Shown in pieces: positions 40,391-54,758 of a stretch of DNA of 64,000 nt. This DNA is from Eledone cirrhosa. Lineage: Eukaryota. A program made the translations under genes and the position numbers. The stretch's first letter is position 1; each line of letters opens with the position of its first letter. The stretch lies in assembly GCA_964016885.1 (NCBI GenBank), contig OZ024748.1:31930001-31994000 (forward strand), in the 5' to 3' direction. The notes beneath the pieces were generated by a model. The model was not told the origin of the DNA. It saw only the letters and a program-made list of their open reading frames with translations, and did not search any database.

Positions 40391-40927
40391 GTATATATAT
40401 ATATGTATATATGTATGTATATGTATATATATATGTATAAGTATATATTTATGTATATATATATGTATATGTATATATATGTATATGTATATATATATGT
40501 ATATGTATATGTATATATATATATGTATATGTGTATACATATGTATATATATGTGTGTATATATGTATATATATATGTGTATATATGTATATATATATAT
40601 GTATATATATATGTATATATATATATATGTATATATGTGTGTATATGTATATATATATATATGTATATGTATATATGTATATATATGTATATATATATGT
40701 TTATATGTAAATATAAATATGTATATATATGTATATGTATATATATATGTATATGTATATATATGTATATGTATATGTATATATATATGTATATGTATAT
40801 GTATATATATGTGTATGTATGTATATATGTATTTATATGTATATATGTAAATCTATATATATATGTATATGAATGTATATGTATATGTAAGTATATATGT
40901 ATGTGCATATATATATGTATGTATATG

Positions 40928-40960
<33 letters not shown>

Positions 40961-41098
40961 ATAGGTATATGTGTATGTATATATATATATGTATATGTAT
41001 ATATATATGTATATATATATATGTATATGTATATATATATGTTTTATGTATGTATATGTATATGTATATATATATGTTTATCTATAAGTATATGTATA

Positions 41099-41133
<35 letters not shown>

Positions 41134-41215
41134 AAATATATATATGTATATCTATGTATATGTATATGTATATATATATATATATGTATATATATGTATA
41201 TGTATATATATATGT

Positions 41216-41263
<48 letters not shown>

Positions 41264-41382
41264 ATATATATATGTGTATATATATATCTATGTATATGTA
41301 TATATATGTATATATATATATGTATATATATATATATGTATATATATGTATGTATATTTATAAATATGTATGTATATGTATA

Positions 41383-41417
<35 letters not shown>

Positions 41418-41986
41418 ATGTATATATATATATATGTATGTATATGTATATCTATATATATGTATGTATATATATATGTATGTATATATATATGTATATA
41501 TGTGTATATATATGTATATGTATATATATGTATATATGTAAATATATATATGTATATATATATGTATATATTTATGTATGTATATATATGTATATATATA
41601 TGTATATATATATGTATATATATGTATGTATATATATATGTATATATGTGTATGTATGTATATGTATATGTATGTATATGTATATGTATATATATATGTA
41701 ATGTATGTATATTGTATGTATATGTATATGTATATGTATGTATATATATATGTATATGTATATGTATGTATATATATATGTATACGTATAAGTATGTATG
41801 TATGTTTGTATGTATGTATGTATGTATGAATATGTATTTGTATATATATATATGTATATATATATATATGTATGTATATATATATGTATATGTATATATA
41901 TATGTATATATATATATGTATATATATATGTATGTGTATATATATATGTATATGTATATATGTATGTATATATATGTATATATATG

Positions 41987-42066
<80 letters not shown>

Positions 42067-42638
42067 TGTGTATGTATATGTGTGTATATATATAAAATTT
42101 ATATATATATATGTATATATATATATATGTATATATATATATGTATATATATATATATGTATGTATATATATATGTATATATATATATATGTGTATGTAT
42201 ATGTATATATATGTATGTATATATATGTATATATATGTATGTATATATATATGTATATATGTGTATGTATGTATATGTATATGTATGTATATGTATATGT
42301 ATATATATATATGTAATGTATGTATATGGTATGTATATGTATATGTATATGTATGTATATATATATGTATATGTATATGTATATATATATATATGTATAC
42401 GTATAAGTATGTATGTATATTTGTATGTATGAATGTATGTATGTATATGTATTTGTATATATATATATGTATATATATATGTATGTATATATATATGTAT
42501 ATGTATATATATATATGTATATATATATATATGTATATATATATGTATGTGTATATATATATATATGTATATGTATATATGTATGTATATATATGTATAT
42601 ATATGTATATATATGTATATATATATATGTATATATAT
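38265..42638. repeat. 4.4-kb complex (TA)n/(TATG)n microsatellite with cryptic ~500-620-bp internal duplications
   Basis: Marker words recur: gtaggtatatg at ~38389/38897; tatacgtataagt at ~41781/42396. Confidence 0.9.
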
Positions 42639-42743
42639 AGAGAAAATTGAGGTTGGTAATGGCACATGGAATATATAAGAGACAGAATACTTTTTTATGA
42701 AAAAACATAATTTTATACGGTAAGGAAATAATAAAGGGTATAA

Positions 42744-42791
42744 AAAATGACCGGTTTCGATGGGTCTGCAAAAGCCATCTTTTCAAATGTT
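42744..42791 (-). ncRNA. Degenerate hammerhead ribozyme
   Basis: aacat-TTGAAAA-gatgg..ccatc-GAAA-ccgg-TC-atttt; core mutated from CTGAAGA. Confidence 0.55.
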
Positions 42792-43139
42792 GATTAATAT
42801 TAAGAAAAATTAATAATACGAAGAGTTAAAATTTGAGACTTGAAAATTCAAGTATAAAATTCATTGTGGGATTTCATAGCAGTTTTCATCTAGGTAGCAA
42901 CAACAGGTTGACTGCTGTGTCCCTTTCTGGTAGTGAATGAGAAGTTATTTGGGGTGTGGGTTAGTTTATAAAGGTCAGATTTAGCAATCGCCAGCTGCTG
43001 GTCAGTGAGGGGGTGGAAGCAATATACACACACATATCTTCCTGTGATGGGTAGGAGAGTGGAGCGTGATAGAAAAGGATTTAGTGCACTTACACCTATA
43101 TATACACACATACCTTCATCCACACATACATACATATAC

Positions 43140-43178
<39 letters not shown>

Positions 43179-43247
43179 CACACATACATACACACACACA
43201 TACATATACATACACACATACACACACACACACATATATATACACAT

Positions 43248-43302
<55 letters not shown>

Positions 43303-43341
43303 TATATATACATACACATACATCCAGATACACACATACAT

Positions 43342-43372
<31 letters not shown>

Positions 43373-43377
43373 CACAC

Positions 43378-43415
<38 letters not shown>

Positions 43416-44025
43416 TCCCACACATACATACACACACACATATATATATATACATACACACATACAAACATACACACACACACACACACACATATATATA
43501 CACACATACACACACATATATATACACACACACACACACACACGCATATATATATATATATACACATACGCATACATCCAGATACCCACATACATACACA
43601 CACACACACACACACACGCACACACAATACATACATCCACATGCACACACATACTCACACACACACACACACACATACATACACCCACACACAGAGAAAT
43701 GGCCTTCAAATATATATATATATATATACATACAGACATATATTTTTTCCATAATATAAGAAGTTGGGGCAGTGAAATTAAAATACAAGTCATTCTGATC
43801 ACATTGAGTTCTTCATGTAGATTGGGCCCCGCAACCGACAGTGGTGAATTCTGTGTGCGCATATATATATAGATATATGTGTGTGCACGTGCAGGGTTTA
43901 ACATGGATGTGTTGGTCACACAAAGGCATGGTCTGTCAATGAATAAACCTGATTCTACAGAATTGGTCTCTGGTCTTTAATAGTAGTGATTCCGTGCGTA
44001 TGTGTGTTTATATTTTATGACAATT

Positions 44026-45780
44026 CTATTGGGGTGATAACCCGTTTAGTTTTGGTTTAAATTTGTTAAGGAATAGATTTTCTTTGTTTATTCTTTGTTG
44101 TTGTGTGAACGAATCTGAGCACTTGTAGAAGGGGAAGATTTTAAAGTTGGGTAGTGTCATTCCTGCGCAGTTCGCAATATGGCTGCTCAAGGGGATTTTT
44201 CTTGTGTTAGCGTCCCGGATTTGTTGGCGGTGGATGGTCATTCTTTTGCGTAATGAGGTGCCCGTCTGTCCTATGTAGTTGTGTTTGCACCCACCGCAAG
44301 TTATTGCGTAAATCAAGTTCTCCGAGTTGCAGGTGAAATTGTTTTTTACTGTAAATGTTTGGCCATCTTTGAATGTAAATGTTTGTCCTTCAGTGAGGTA
44401 GAGGCACGTTCCACAGTTTGTTCTACCACATTTGGTAACTGTAGGGTTGAGGATTGGTTTGGGTATATTTGGTCCAGTGAGAATGCGTTTAAGTGATTTG
44501 GGTTGTCTTTTACTTTTAAGGATCTTGTGTGTTTCAAGAATAGACTTCATTTTTACATCTTTAAGTAGGATGGGGAGGTTTTTGTGTAGGTGATCAAACA
44601 TTTCGGTATTTCTGGGGTTGAAAGTGGATACATATGGCAGGGTGTTGAGTGTGGTTTTCTGTTTTGGATTGTTAAGTTGATGGGGATTTAGGTGTTTTGC
44701 CCTGTCTATTCCATTGTTGATTATTTCAAGTGGAAAGGCTCTTAAGATAAGGGTGTCTTTTAGTTCCTTTAGTCTTTGCTCCCGTTTAGGTGGATCTGAT
44801 ACTATGGTACATATACGTTTGGCCAAATTGTAAGGAATGTTAAGTTTTGTATGTTTTGGGTGACTTGATGTGAAAAAGAGGTATTGCTTGGAATCTGTGG
44901 GTTTATAGAATATATCTGTATCTAATTTCCCGTCTATTACAGAGATGAGAATATCCAAGAAGGCTAATTCCTTAGGATTGGATTCCATTGTGAATTGTAT
45001 GTTATAATCTATGTTGTTTATCATGTTTTTAAACGTAGTAAGTGAGTTCATGTCTTCTTGCCATAGGATAAAGCAGTCGTCTAGATATCTTTTCCAATTG
45101 GCTTTGAGGTGTGTGTGGAAAGAGTCTCCAAATAAGAGAAGGGACTGACTGTATATTTGTTGTTCATGGAATCCCATGACTAGGTTGGCATATGTGGGTG
45201 CTACTTTCGTGCCCATTGCCGTACCTGATACTTGTCTGTATGTTGAACCATTGAATGTGAAGTAGTTATTTTGTAGGATAAAGCGGAGTCCGTCAGTGAT
45301 AAAATCTGTGTTGATGCGTGTCGGTATTTCTGATGGGTGTGTGTTAAGCCAGTATTGGACTGCTGTTATTCCATAGTTGTGAGGTATGTTTGTGTAGAGG
45401 TTTATTACGTCAAAGGAGACAAGAATTGTATTTGCACTTACTGTTTTAGGGAGGTGTTTCAGCATGTCAAGGTCATCTCGTATGTAGCTCTGTATATGTT
45501 GTAGAAAGGGTTTCAGTAGGATGTCCAGAAAGTTGCTAAGTCTGTGGGTTTCACATGTAGGGCCTGCTATAATTGGCCTGAGTTTTAGGTCTTCTGGTGG
45601 TGTTAGTTCAATGTAATTGTTGGTTGAGGTGTCACATGCATCGTTTATGGGTTTACATTTGTGAAGTTTCGGTAAGCCGTAAAAAGAGCTTGTATTGCAT
45701 TTGAAGTGGCTTATATAGTTAAACTCTTTTGTGGTTAAGCTGTTGCGGTATTTATTCAGTAAGGTCAAAAGGTTCCCCAT
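44026..45780 (-). CDS. PLE reverse transcriptase + Cys linker + GIY-YIG endonuclease
   Basis: [68 protein letters not shown]; uninterrupted 584 aa. Confidence 0.92.
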   Translation of the reverse strand: MGNLLTLLNKYRNSLTTKEFNYISHFKCNTSSFYGLPKLHKCKPINDACDTSTNNYIELTPPEDLKLRPIIAGPTCETHRLSNFLDILLKPFLQHIQSYIRDDLDMLKHLPKTVSANTILVSFDVINLYTNIPHNYGITAVQYWLNTHPSEIPTRINTDFITDGLRFILQNNYFTFNGSTYRQVSGTAMGTKVAPTYANLVMGFHEQQIYSQSLLLFGDSFHTHLKANWKRYLDDCFILWQEDMNSLTTFKNMINNIDYNIQFTMESNPKELAFLDILISVIDGKLDTDIFYKPTDSKQYLFFTSSHPKHTKLNIPYNLAKRICTIVSDPPKREQRLKELKDTLILRAFPLEIINNGIDRAKHLNPHQLNNPKQKTTLNTLPYVSTFNPRNTEMFDHLHKNLPILLKDVKMKSILETHKILKSKRQPKSLKRILTGPNIPKPILNPTVTKCGRTNCGTCLYLTEGQTFTFKDGQTFTVKNNFTCNSENLIYAITCGGCKHNYIGQTGTSLRKRMTIHRQQIRDANTRKIPLSSHIANCAGMTLPNFKIFPFYKCSDSFTQQQRINKENLFLNKFKPKLNGLSPQ

Positions 45781-45853
45781 TGTTTTGGTGTGTATATATA
45801 TATATATATGTATGTATATGTGTGTATATATATAAAATTTATATATATATATG

Positions 45854-45900
<47 letters not shown>

Positions 45901-46492
45901 GTATATATATATATGTATGTATATATGTATATATATATATGTGTATGTATATATATGTATATATATGTGTATATGTTTATATATATGTGTATATATATAT
46001 ATATGTATATATATATGTATATATATATGTATATATATATATGTATATATAAATGTATATATATATATGTATGTATAGGTATGTATATATATATGTATAT
46101 ATATATATATGTATATATGTATGTATATATATATGTATATGTATATATGTATATGTATGTGTGTGTATATACGTATTTATATATATATGTATATATATAT
46201 GTATATATATATGTATATATATATGTATATATATATGTATATATATATATGTATATATAATTATATGTATATATATAAATATATAAATGAAAGGTATAGA
46301 AAACATTATAGCAAGAAGCCAACATTATTCCATAATATATAAGTGACTATAGAGTCAAAATGTATATATATATGTATGTATATATATATATATGTATATA
46401 TATATATGTATATATATATATGTATGTATATATATACGTATATATATATATGTATATATATATATGTATATATATATATGTTTATATATATG

Positions 46493-46546
<54 letters not shown>

Positions 46547-46640
46547 TATATTTATTTATATATTAATTTATATATATATATATAAATATATATATATATT
46601 TATTAATATATATATATATATATTAATATATATATATATA

Positions 46641-47330
46641 GTTATGTAATAAACAACATAAGGCAATTATTCCATTTACCAGTGGTTTCTTAAAAGTACA
46701 TTTTGCTTTCAATCATCAGAATGAAAGAATCCTGGTGTATTTATTGATATTGGATTCTAAAAACAAAAATGCAGTCTATATGAAAGTGAGGCTGGAGAAG
46801 GAAGAAGGAAAGGAAAAATAAAATAAAAACACACATGCAAACACACACACACACAATTATATACATACACATACATGTAGACATATATACATACACACAT
46901 AAATATCAACATATCCATACATACACATGCACATATACAACCACACACATATATATACACACATATATATATATATATAGAAATATAAATATATATATAT
47001 GCATACACATACACATACATAGCTATACACACATATACATACATACATACATACATACATACACACAATCATACGTATATACACACGTACATACATACAC
47101 ATACATACACACATATATATACATGCATACATATGCATACACAAAATTAGAAAAATATACACACACCTCTACATATTCACACACGCAAAAAAATATAAGA
47201 AAAAATATAAAAGACTAAATAGAAAATAAAGACTATTATAAATGAAAATAAATGAAAAAACACACGTGATAAGCAATACACACAAATGCACGTACACATT
47301 CATACGTAAAAATAAATACATACACACACT
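46641..47330 (-). mobile_element. Inverted PLE pLTR arm
   Basis: Contains HHR; joined back-to-back to a + strand GIY-YIG fragment at ~47330. Confidence 0.65.
46671..46725 (-). ncRNA. Type I hammerhead ribozyme
   Basis: ttcatt-CTGATGA-ttgaaag..cttttaa-GAAA-ccactgg-TA-aatgga. Confidence 0.8.
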
Positions 47331-47824
47331 CGCAAGTAAGGTGTGGGAATTCAAGGATAAAAAACATCCCGTACTCTATCGATTGGTCTATTTTAGACCA
47401 TTCGAGGGAGTACCAAAGGGGCACAAAGAATTGTTCTTTGTGTACCACAGAAAAATATAGGATTTTGTTAAACTTGAAAGTCACCAATTCCTTCACCTAT
47501 TTTGGCTCCACTTCCACCTCTTTTAAAGCTCGTCTTTATAACCATCATTCGTCTTTTAAATACAAACTTAAAAGAACCAACACGGCTCTCTCAGAACTCA
47601 TATGGTCCTTGAAAGACAAAAATATTAAATATAGCATCTTTTGGAAGAAGGTTTCTTCTGCGTCCTCAAACTTGAACAGTTCTCTATCCAAAATTTGCAA
47701 TCTCTGTCTAAATGAAAAATTTACCATTATTTCTAATTTAGATTCTATAATAAATAGAGGCACTGACTTGTTTTCTATCTGCTTGCATAAATTCCATAAA
47801 ACATTTCACAAAGTATACAGCTAA
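47330..47824 (+). pseudogene. Two fused Naiad-like GIY-YIG fragments
   Basis: LASKVWEFKDK / IDWSILDHSREYQRGTKNCSLCTTEKYRILL fused to TYFGSTSTSFKARLYNH..TALSELIWSLK..CNLCLNEK..CLH. Confidence 0.8.
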
Positions 47825-48807
47825 GATTCAATTCTTTATCAATTTAGAATCTTTTTCTCAAAGGCATATATATATATATACACTTCTTTTAAAAATATAC
47901 CCATCTTTCTACCTTATTTCAAAGGTTATTATACATTCTATAATACTTGTTACTCATTCTACATCGCCCCTATTTATCACTTCCCTTTCTTCTCTTCTTC
48001 TTTTAATGTGTAACCCCTAATCTGTACCTTTTCTCACTCTTGCCTAACATAGAATCAATTATTACATAATACAATACACTCTTACTCTATATCACCTTGT
48101 AAAAATCCTTCGTAAACATATACACATTTTTTTGACGTTAGATTATTCATCCTCAATTCATTATTCTTTTCTCCCTTTCATCTAACTCATTCATGCTCAT
48201 CTCAATATTTCCTTACTTAAATAACCTGTTATTCCTTTTAATAATACATATCAACATTTTCTTAACATCGCACATATTATTAAACCTTAAATATTATTAT
48301 TCTCAATACATATTAACATTTTCTTTTTCATCGCACATATTATCAAACCCCTCAATATACAAACCTTAACTTTACATTATTTTTCTCTACGTTAATTTTC
48401 AAATTCTTTTAATTTATACATTATCTTCCAACGGTTTTCAACCTCTCTATGTAAAACAATATATCTTTCTCAGTTATAAAAGCTATCTCTCTCTCTCTAT
48501 CACCCATCTCTCCTCCTATCTCATCCTTCCTCATTATACTCCCCCCTCTCCACTTTTTACTCTCATCTCCTTCTCTTTTTCATCCCCCCCCCCCCTAAAT
48601 AAAATATTTTTCCCAATATCACACATCAATCTAAAACTACTTTTCATATGTTGATTTAAAACTGAACTATCCACAAGTGTTTTTTAACCTTCATATCATG
48701 TCTTCCTGTTTTATCTGATGAAAACACAAATATTATTGCATGATGATATTTGTTTTTGAAATGCGCATAATAAAATACATGGAACTCTTTTAACCATCTT
48801 TTGTTCT

Positions 48808-48812
<5 letters not shown>
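47825..48812 (+). mobile_element. PLE 3' region/pLTR
   Basis: Follows the GIY-YIG stop; ends with HHR then (TA)n. Confidence 0.75.
48709..48775 (+). ncRNA. Type I hammerhead ribozyme
   Basis: ttttat-CTGATGA-aaacacaaatatta..tgatatttgttttt-GAAA-tgcgca-TA-ataaaa. Confidence 0.85.
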
Positions 48813-48854
<42 letters not shown>

Positions 48855-48856
<2 letters not shown>

Positions 48857-50655
48857 ATACAATAACAGAGAAAGCTTTAAGCTAAACTCCGACTGGTAGC
48901 CATCTCACTCAACAAATATTAGGTTATACATTAGTATAAGCCTAATTTAGTGTCTGGGGTGCTAACTATATGTATTTTGTGGAAAGCCAGTTGTATTTTT
49001 TATACGAGATATAATTAAAGTTAAAATATATCTCTCTTTCCAAACAATTGTTTCATTATAAGTTTTCTACAAGTTGGGAGAATGTTTCCAGTTTATGTAG
49101 AAGCCTAACATATTTTCATGTAAGAATATATTTAGGTGGGCACTTATAAATCGTCAGTGGAAGCCCATTAAACTTTGATATAAGAAAAAATTTCTTACCG
49201 CAGTTAATTTTCGTGTCAGCTACGTCGTCCCTTCACGCATCGAATGACCGCCAAATTTGAAATTCAGCAGTATTGAAGTTTCCGTTGAAAATAGCAAAAG
49301 TCATAGGAGTGAAGAGTGTTCTATGTAAGTACCAGAGCAAAATTTTATGTATAGAAACAATACAAAATAATTACCTCATTACCAGAGGTTTTCCGAATAA
49401 GACGAATACGAAAGAAACGTTTTCATTCGTTCGTCGGACGAGGTAATATAAAACATAGATAAATATTTGGAAAGTCTCCTCAATAAATGCAAGAAAAATA
49501 GACATATAAAATATATAAGAAAACTTTTGAAGAAATATAGTTAGGTGTGTGTATATCTATGTATATACACTCACAGATATACACATGCATGTATGTACAA
49601 ATATGTGTGTATAGTGAAAATGTGCGCGTAAATATATGTATGAGGGCAAGTATATCTGTGTATATGTAACGATAGACACAGACATAATGTGAATGTCTGG
49701 TTGACAGGTATACAGAAATAACAGGGTATTAGATACATTATAAGAATATGAAGGCACGCGTATAAACACACACGCACGCGCGTACACTTATATGCGGAAG
49801 AAAAAGAGGTAAGGGAGTGTAACAGTAAAAAGAAAGTATCATTCTCGATATAATTATAAAAATGGAACAATAAATTAGAAAGAAAAAATTGCAAAAGAAA
49901 GAAAAGAAAACAAACAAGGTACACGCGTACATACACACATATATCTAAAATAAACATATATCTATAAAAAAATATATATATACACGCAATACGTTCAGAC
50001 AAAAGCGTATGCAAGCGTACATACACACACAGGATCCACATATATATATATACATACACATCGCCCCATGTATATCTAATCACACGTACGTATCCGACTG
50101 TATACACACACACACATACACACACATAAATATATATATATATATATGCATACGCACACATACATATCCATACATGCAGTAGTACACACACACACACACA
50201 CATACATACACTCACGCACGTTGACCCGCTAACATGCACACACATAAAAATAAGAATGTAAACAAACATAGATGTAAAAACACAGATATAAAAACACACA
50301 TACACACACATATATATATACACTCACGCTCGCGCACATACGGAGGCGTTCGTGTAAATATACAGAAAGTATACACACGTAAAGACGCTCAGACACATAG
50401 ATACAGGGTGTAAAAACAGCCTTGTGAATAATTGAGTACAAATATAAAAATATAAAATTGGCTGCGAAATAACAGAAAATATCTGGAGTGGAAAACGCAA
50501 GTGACCTCGGTAATTAGGTAGTGAAGAAAAAAGAGAAGTAAAAGGTGGAAAGTTAAGATATTAGGTAAGTGAATCGGAGAGTAAAAGGGGGGGGCGTTAG
50601 TGGTGGATGTGAAGTAAAAATAAAAATAAAAATAAAATTAATAATAAGGTTAAAA
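48855..50655 (-). mobile_element. PLE pLTR (family of 54630-58196) with extended tail
   Basis: 49270-50640 is homologous to the reverse complement of 56790-58195, and its right part to 54640-55320. Confidence 0.8.
49370..49447 (-). ncRNA. Hammerhead ribozyme variant (CCGACGA core)
   Basis: attacctcgt-CCGACGA-acgaat..attcg-GAAA..cctctgg-TA-atgaggtaat; 10-bp stem I. Confidence 0.7.
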
Positions 50656-50748
50656 ATTCCATTCATGAATGGAATAGCAACATCATATAACATTATATAT
50701 ATATATTAATATATATATATAATGTGATATGATGTTGCTATTCCATTC

Positions 50749-51089
50749 ATGAATGGAATAGCAACACCACAACTTACAATTAAAGACAAAATGAAAACAC
50801 ACACACATAGAATAAACAACCAACCAATAACATGTAAATAAAAAAATAAATAAACAATTATAAACACACACAGACACCCGGATGTAACACATGCGCAAAC
50901 TAAGCACACAACAAAAACAAGATGGCGTAGGACAGAACAAAGGAGAGGCACAAAAACAAAGAAAAGAAGCCCCAGTCACTGAAGAGATCACAGAATGTGT
51001 GACGAAAGAACTTATTTATAATAAATTGAAGGGAAAGCAACTGGTGCGTGTGCTTCTTAATGGCTACATGACCCTCCAAAAGCATAACA

Positions 51090-51090
<1 letters not shown>
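50749..51090 (+). mobile_element. PLE pLTR fragment (family of 62460-63520), HHR truncated by deletion
   Basis: Matches the reverse complement of ~62460-62870; gtcaCTGAAGA..GAAAgaac at 50975. Confidence 0.75.
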
Positions 51091-51150
<60 letters not shown>

Positions 51151-51338
51151 TATTATTATAAATATATATATATATAAATATATATATATAAATATATATA
51201 TAGATATATATATAAATATATATATAAATATATATATATATAAATATATATATATAAATATATATATATACATAGAAAAAAGAATGCAATTGCAAAAGAT
51301 GTTGACAATTCGTTTTTTACATTAGATTTATTTAAATG

Positions 51339-51375
51339 TCCTTAATTTTCGAGATAATATCTCTTCTTCAGAGGG
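51339..51375 (-). ncRNA. Very minimal type I hammerhead ribozyme
   Basis: cct-CTGAAGA-agagat att atctc-GAAA-at-TA-agg. Confidence 0.6.
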
Positions 51376-51759
51376 AAATAAAGGTCTCAAACCAGCGTTC
51401 TAAATATCTTGCCAAGCCATGCTGACAGGAAATAGTATAGAGTATCTGTTCTATCTCTAATGTCAAAGAGTTAAAATTAGGTGGATAAAGAGTAGCCTCC
51501 CTTTAAAAGGGGTTTGTTTAGGGACTTTTTTTTTTAATATATACATGCCTATTTAAGTGTGTGGGAGAATGCATGAAGGTGTAAGTATGTGAGTGTGTGT
51601 GTGAGTGTGAGAAGATAAGTTTATTCGTAAATGTGGGGGATAGCTGTTATCTGGTGTTAGAACTGGTTTTGTGTGTGTATGTGTGAGAGAGAAGAAGTGG
51701 AGGCGTAAGCGTGTGTGTGTGTGTGTGTGGGGTGTGTAAATATGGGGCTAGAAGCCCTA

Positions 51760-52639
51760 TCAGGTTATAAATTGGGTGTTGAGTTCTAGTCTATTATTGA
51801 TTGGTGGTTGTGTTTTATCTATAATTAGTGCTTCCTTAATTCTAAGATTGCCGAGGTTTCTTTCCTTAGTTTCTATCCTAACTGTTATGGTTTTGTCGGT
51901 GTTTTTGCATTTAACTAGCTGTTTCTTAAATGAGGATGCGTTAGTATTGAGGTGTTCTTTTATTCTTATGTGGAGTGGTCTGGCGGTACTACCTACGTAG
52001 AAGTTGTTGCATTTGTCACACTCTAGTCTGTATACGACGTAAGCCTGGTGGCATAGGTCTGTGTCGTTGATGGGGCAGTTGGCTAGTCTGCAGCAGTTGT
52101 CATGTCTGGTGGAGTGTCTTTTGGTTAGCTGTCCGCGTAGAGAAGGACCTGAGTGGGCCAGTTGGATATCTAGTCCCTCTCGTCTGATGGCTCTGCGGAT
52201 GGCTGTTGTTGTTTCTTCACTGAAGTGTGGGAGCTTCAGGAAGCAAGTGTTAGTGCCTCGGGTGAGGTGTCCTCTGTTCTTTCTGGCACGGTTTGTGGTG
52301 GATGTCGTGTATCCGTTCAGTTTGAGTACTTCCAGAAAATGTGTGGTGTGTGTGTCTCGGTCTCTAGCGTCGGTGCATTTGTTCCGGATACGTGCCAGTT
52401 CGTTCCTTATGTATCCGAACTTGGCACCGAGTGGAAGGGCCGATCTGAAATGTACGAACAGGTACCTGCTGGCGGCTTTTTTATAGAAGCAGGTGTGGAT
52501 GTTGCCTTCCTCTGTTGCCCTGAGTTGGAAGTCCAGTAGGGATAGGGATCCGCGATCATCGGGGTGTTCCATGCTGAACTTTATTCTGGCGTCCATGCTG
52601 GAGAATGTTGTGTATATTTTATCTGCCTCCTCACGGGAT

Positions 52640-52640
<1 letters not shown>
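51760..52640 (-). CDS. PLE RT thumb + GIY-YIG (partial)
   Basis: IKFSME..LSLLDF..FYKK..HFRSALP..VVYRLECDKC..FYVGSTARPLHIRIKEH..KEALII..PPIN; the first residues of the ORF-track ORF come from the adjacent element. Confidence 0.85.
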
Positions 52641-53455
<815 letters not shown>

Positions 53456-53486
53456 TATATATATAAAAATATATATATATATATAA

Positions 53487-53563
<77 letters not shown>

Positions 53564-53606
53564 TATATATATATAAATAAATAAATATATATATATAAAT
53601 AAATAA

Positions 53607-53637
<31 letters not shown>

Positions 53638-53642
53638 TATAT

Positions 53643-53753
<111 letters not shown>

Positions 53754-53823
53754 AATAAATATATATATATATATAAATAAATATATATATATATATAAAT
53801 AAATATATATATATATATAAATA

Positions 53824-53856
<33 letters not shown>

Positions 53857-53946
53857 TATATATATATATAAATAATATATATATATATATATATAAATAA
53901 ATATATATATATATAAATATATATAAATATATATAAATATATATAA

Positions 53947-53981
<35 letters not shown>

Positions 53982-53986
53982 AATAT

Positions 53987-54057
<71 letters not shown>

Positions 54058-54059
54058 AT

Positions 54060-54089
<30 letters not shown>

Positions 54090-54092
<3 letters not shown>

Positions 54093-54630
54093 AATGGAAT
54101 AGAATGAAACGAAATTTCATTTCTCACTCTTAGTACGGCACTTACATTATAATAAATGTTCGGTAAACTGATACGTGCATATATATATATGTGCCTGTAT
54201 GTATATATATATACATGCTACTGTACGTCTGTATACATATATGTATGTACGTATACATACATACTTACATTTAAGTAAGTGCCGTACTAAGAGTGAGAAA
54301 TGAAATTTCGTTTCATTCTGTTCCATTTATCGTTTTCGGTGCGTCTGGCCGACTGAACTCACTCGATATGCAAATTAGGCTGCTCAGCCGTTAATTTTCA
54401 TAAAGAAAGTATATACTTTCGGACGTTCAAACATCTGGCAGAAAGGTATACGGTGCTGACGATAGCTAATAAGCTTGAAACTAGTACATCGTTCCTGTGT
54501 CAGTGTTGAACAAAAAGGTGACGTGGTTGCCTAAACACTGTACGGCGTAATTGAGGCTGTTTGTTTGTTTACAAACGAACAAACCGAGCATTATAATAAA
54601 TGTTCGGTAAACTGATACGTGCATATATAT
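54090..54630 (+). mobile_element. Diverged retrozyme-like copy (444-bp unit + 55-bp inverted arm)
   Basis: Homologous to the array unit; cattataataaatg at 54145 and 54589; same terminus next to (TA)n as 29468. Confidence 0.85.
54450..54492 (+). ncRNA. Type I hammerhead ribozyme
   Basis: acggtg-CTGACGA-tagct aata agctt-GAAA-ctag-TA-catcgt. Confidence 0.9.
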
Positions 54631-54692
54631 ATGCACGTATACATATACATACATATCGCCCCATGTATATCTAATCACACGTACGTACGCGA

Positions 54693-54758
<66 letters not shown>

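Larger units (their letters stand above)
42639..45790 (-). mobile_element. Penelope-like element (Neptune-like), 5'-truncated
   Basis: RT + GIY-YIG ORF, CA-rich 3' region, degenerate HHR near the terminus, TA-flanked. Confidence 0.9.
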
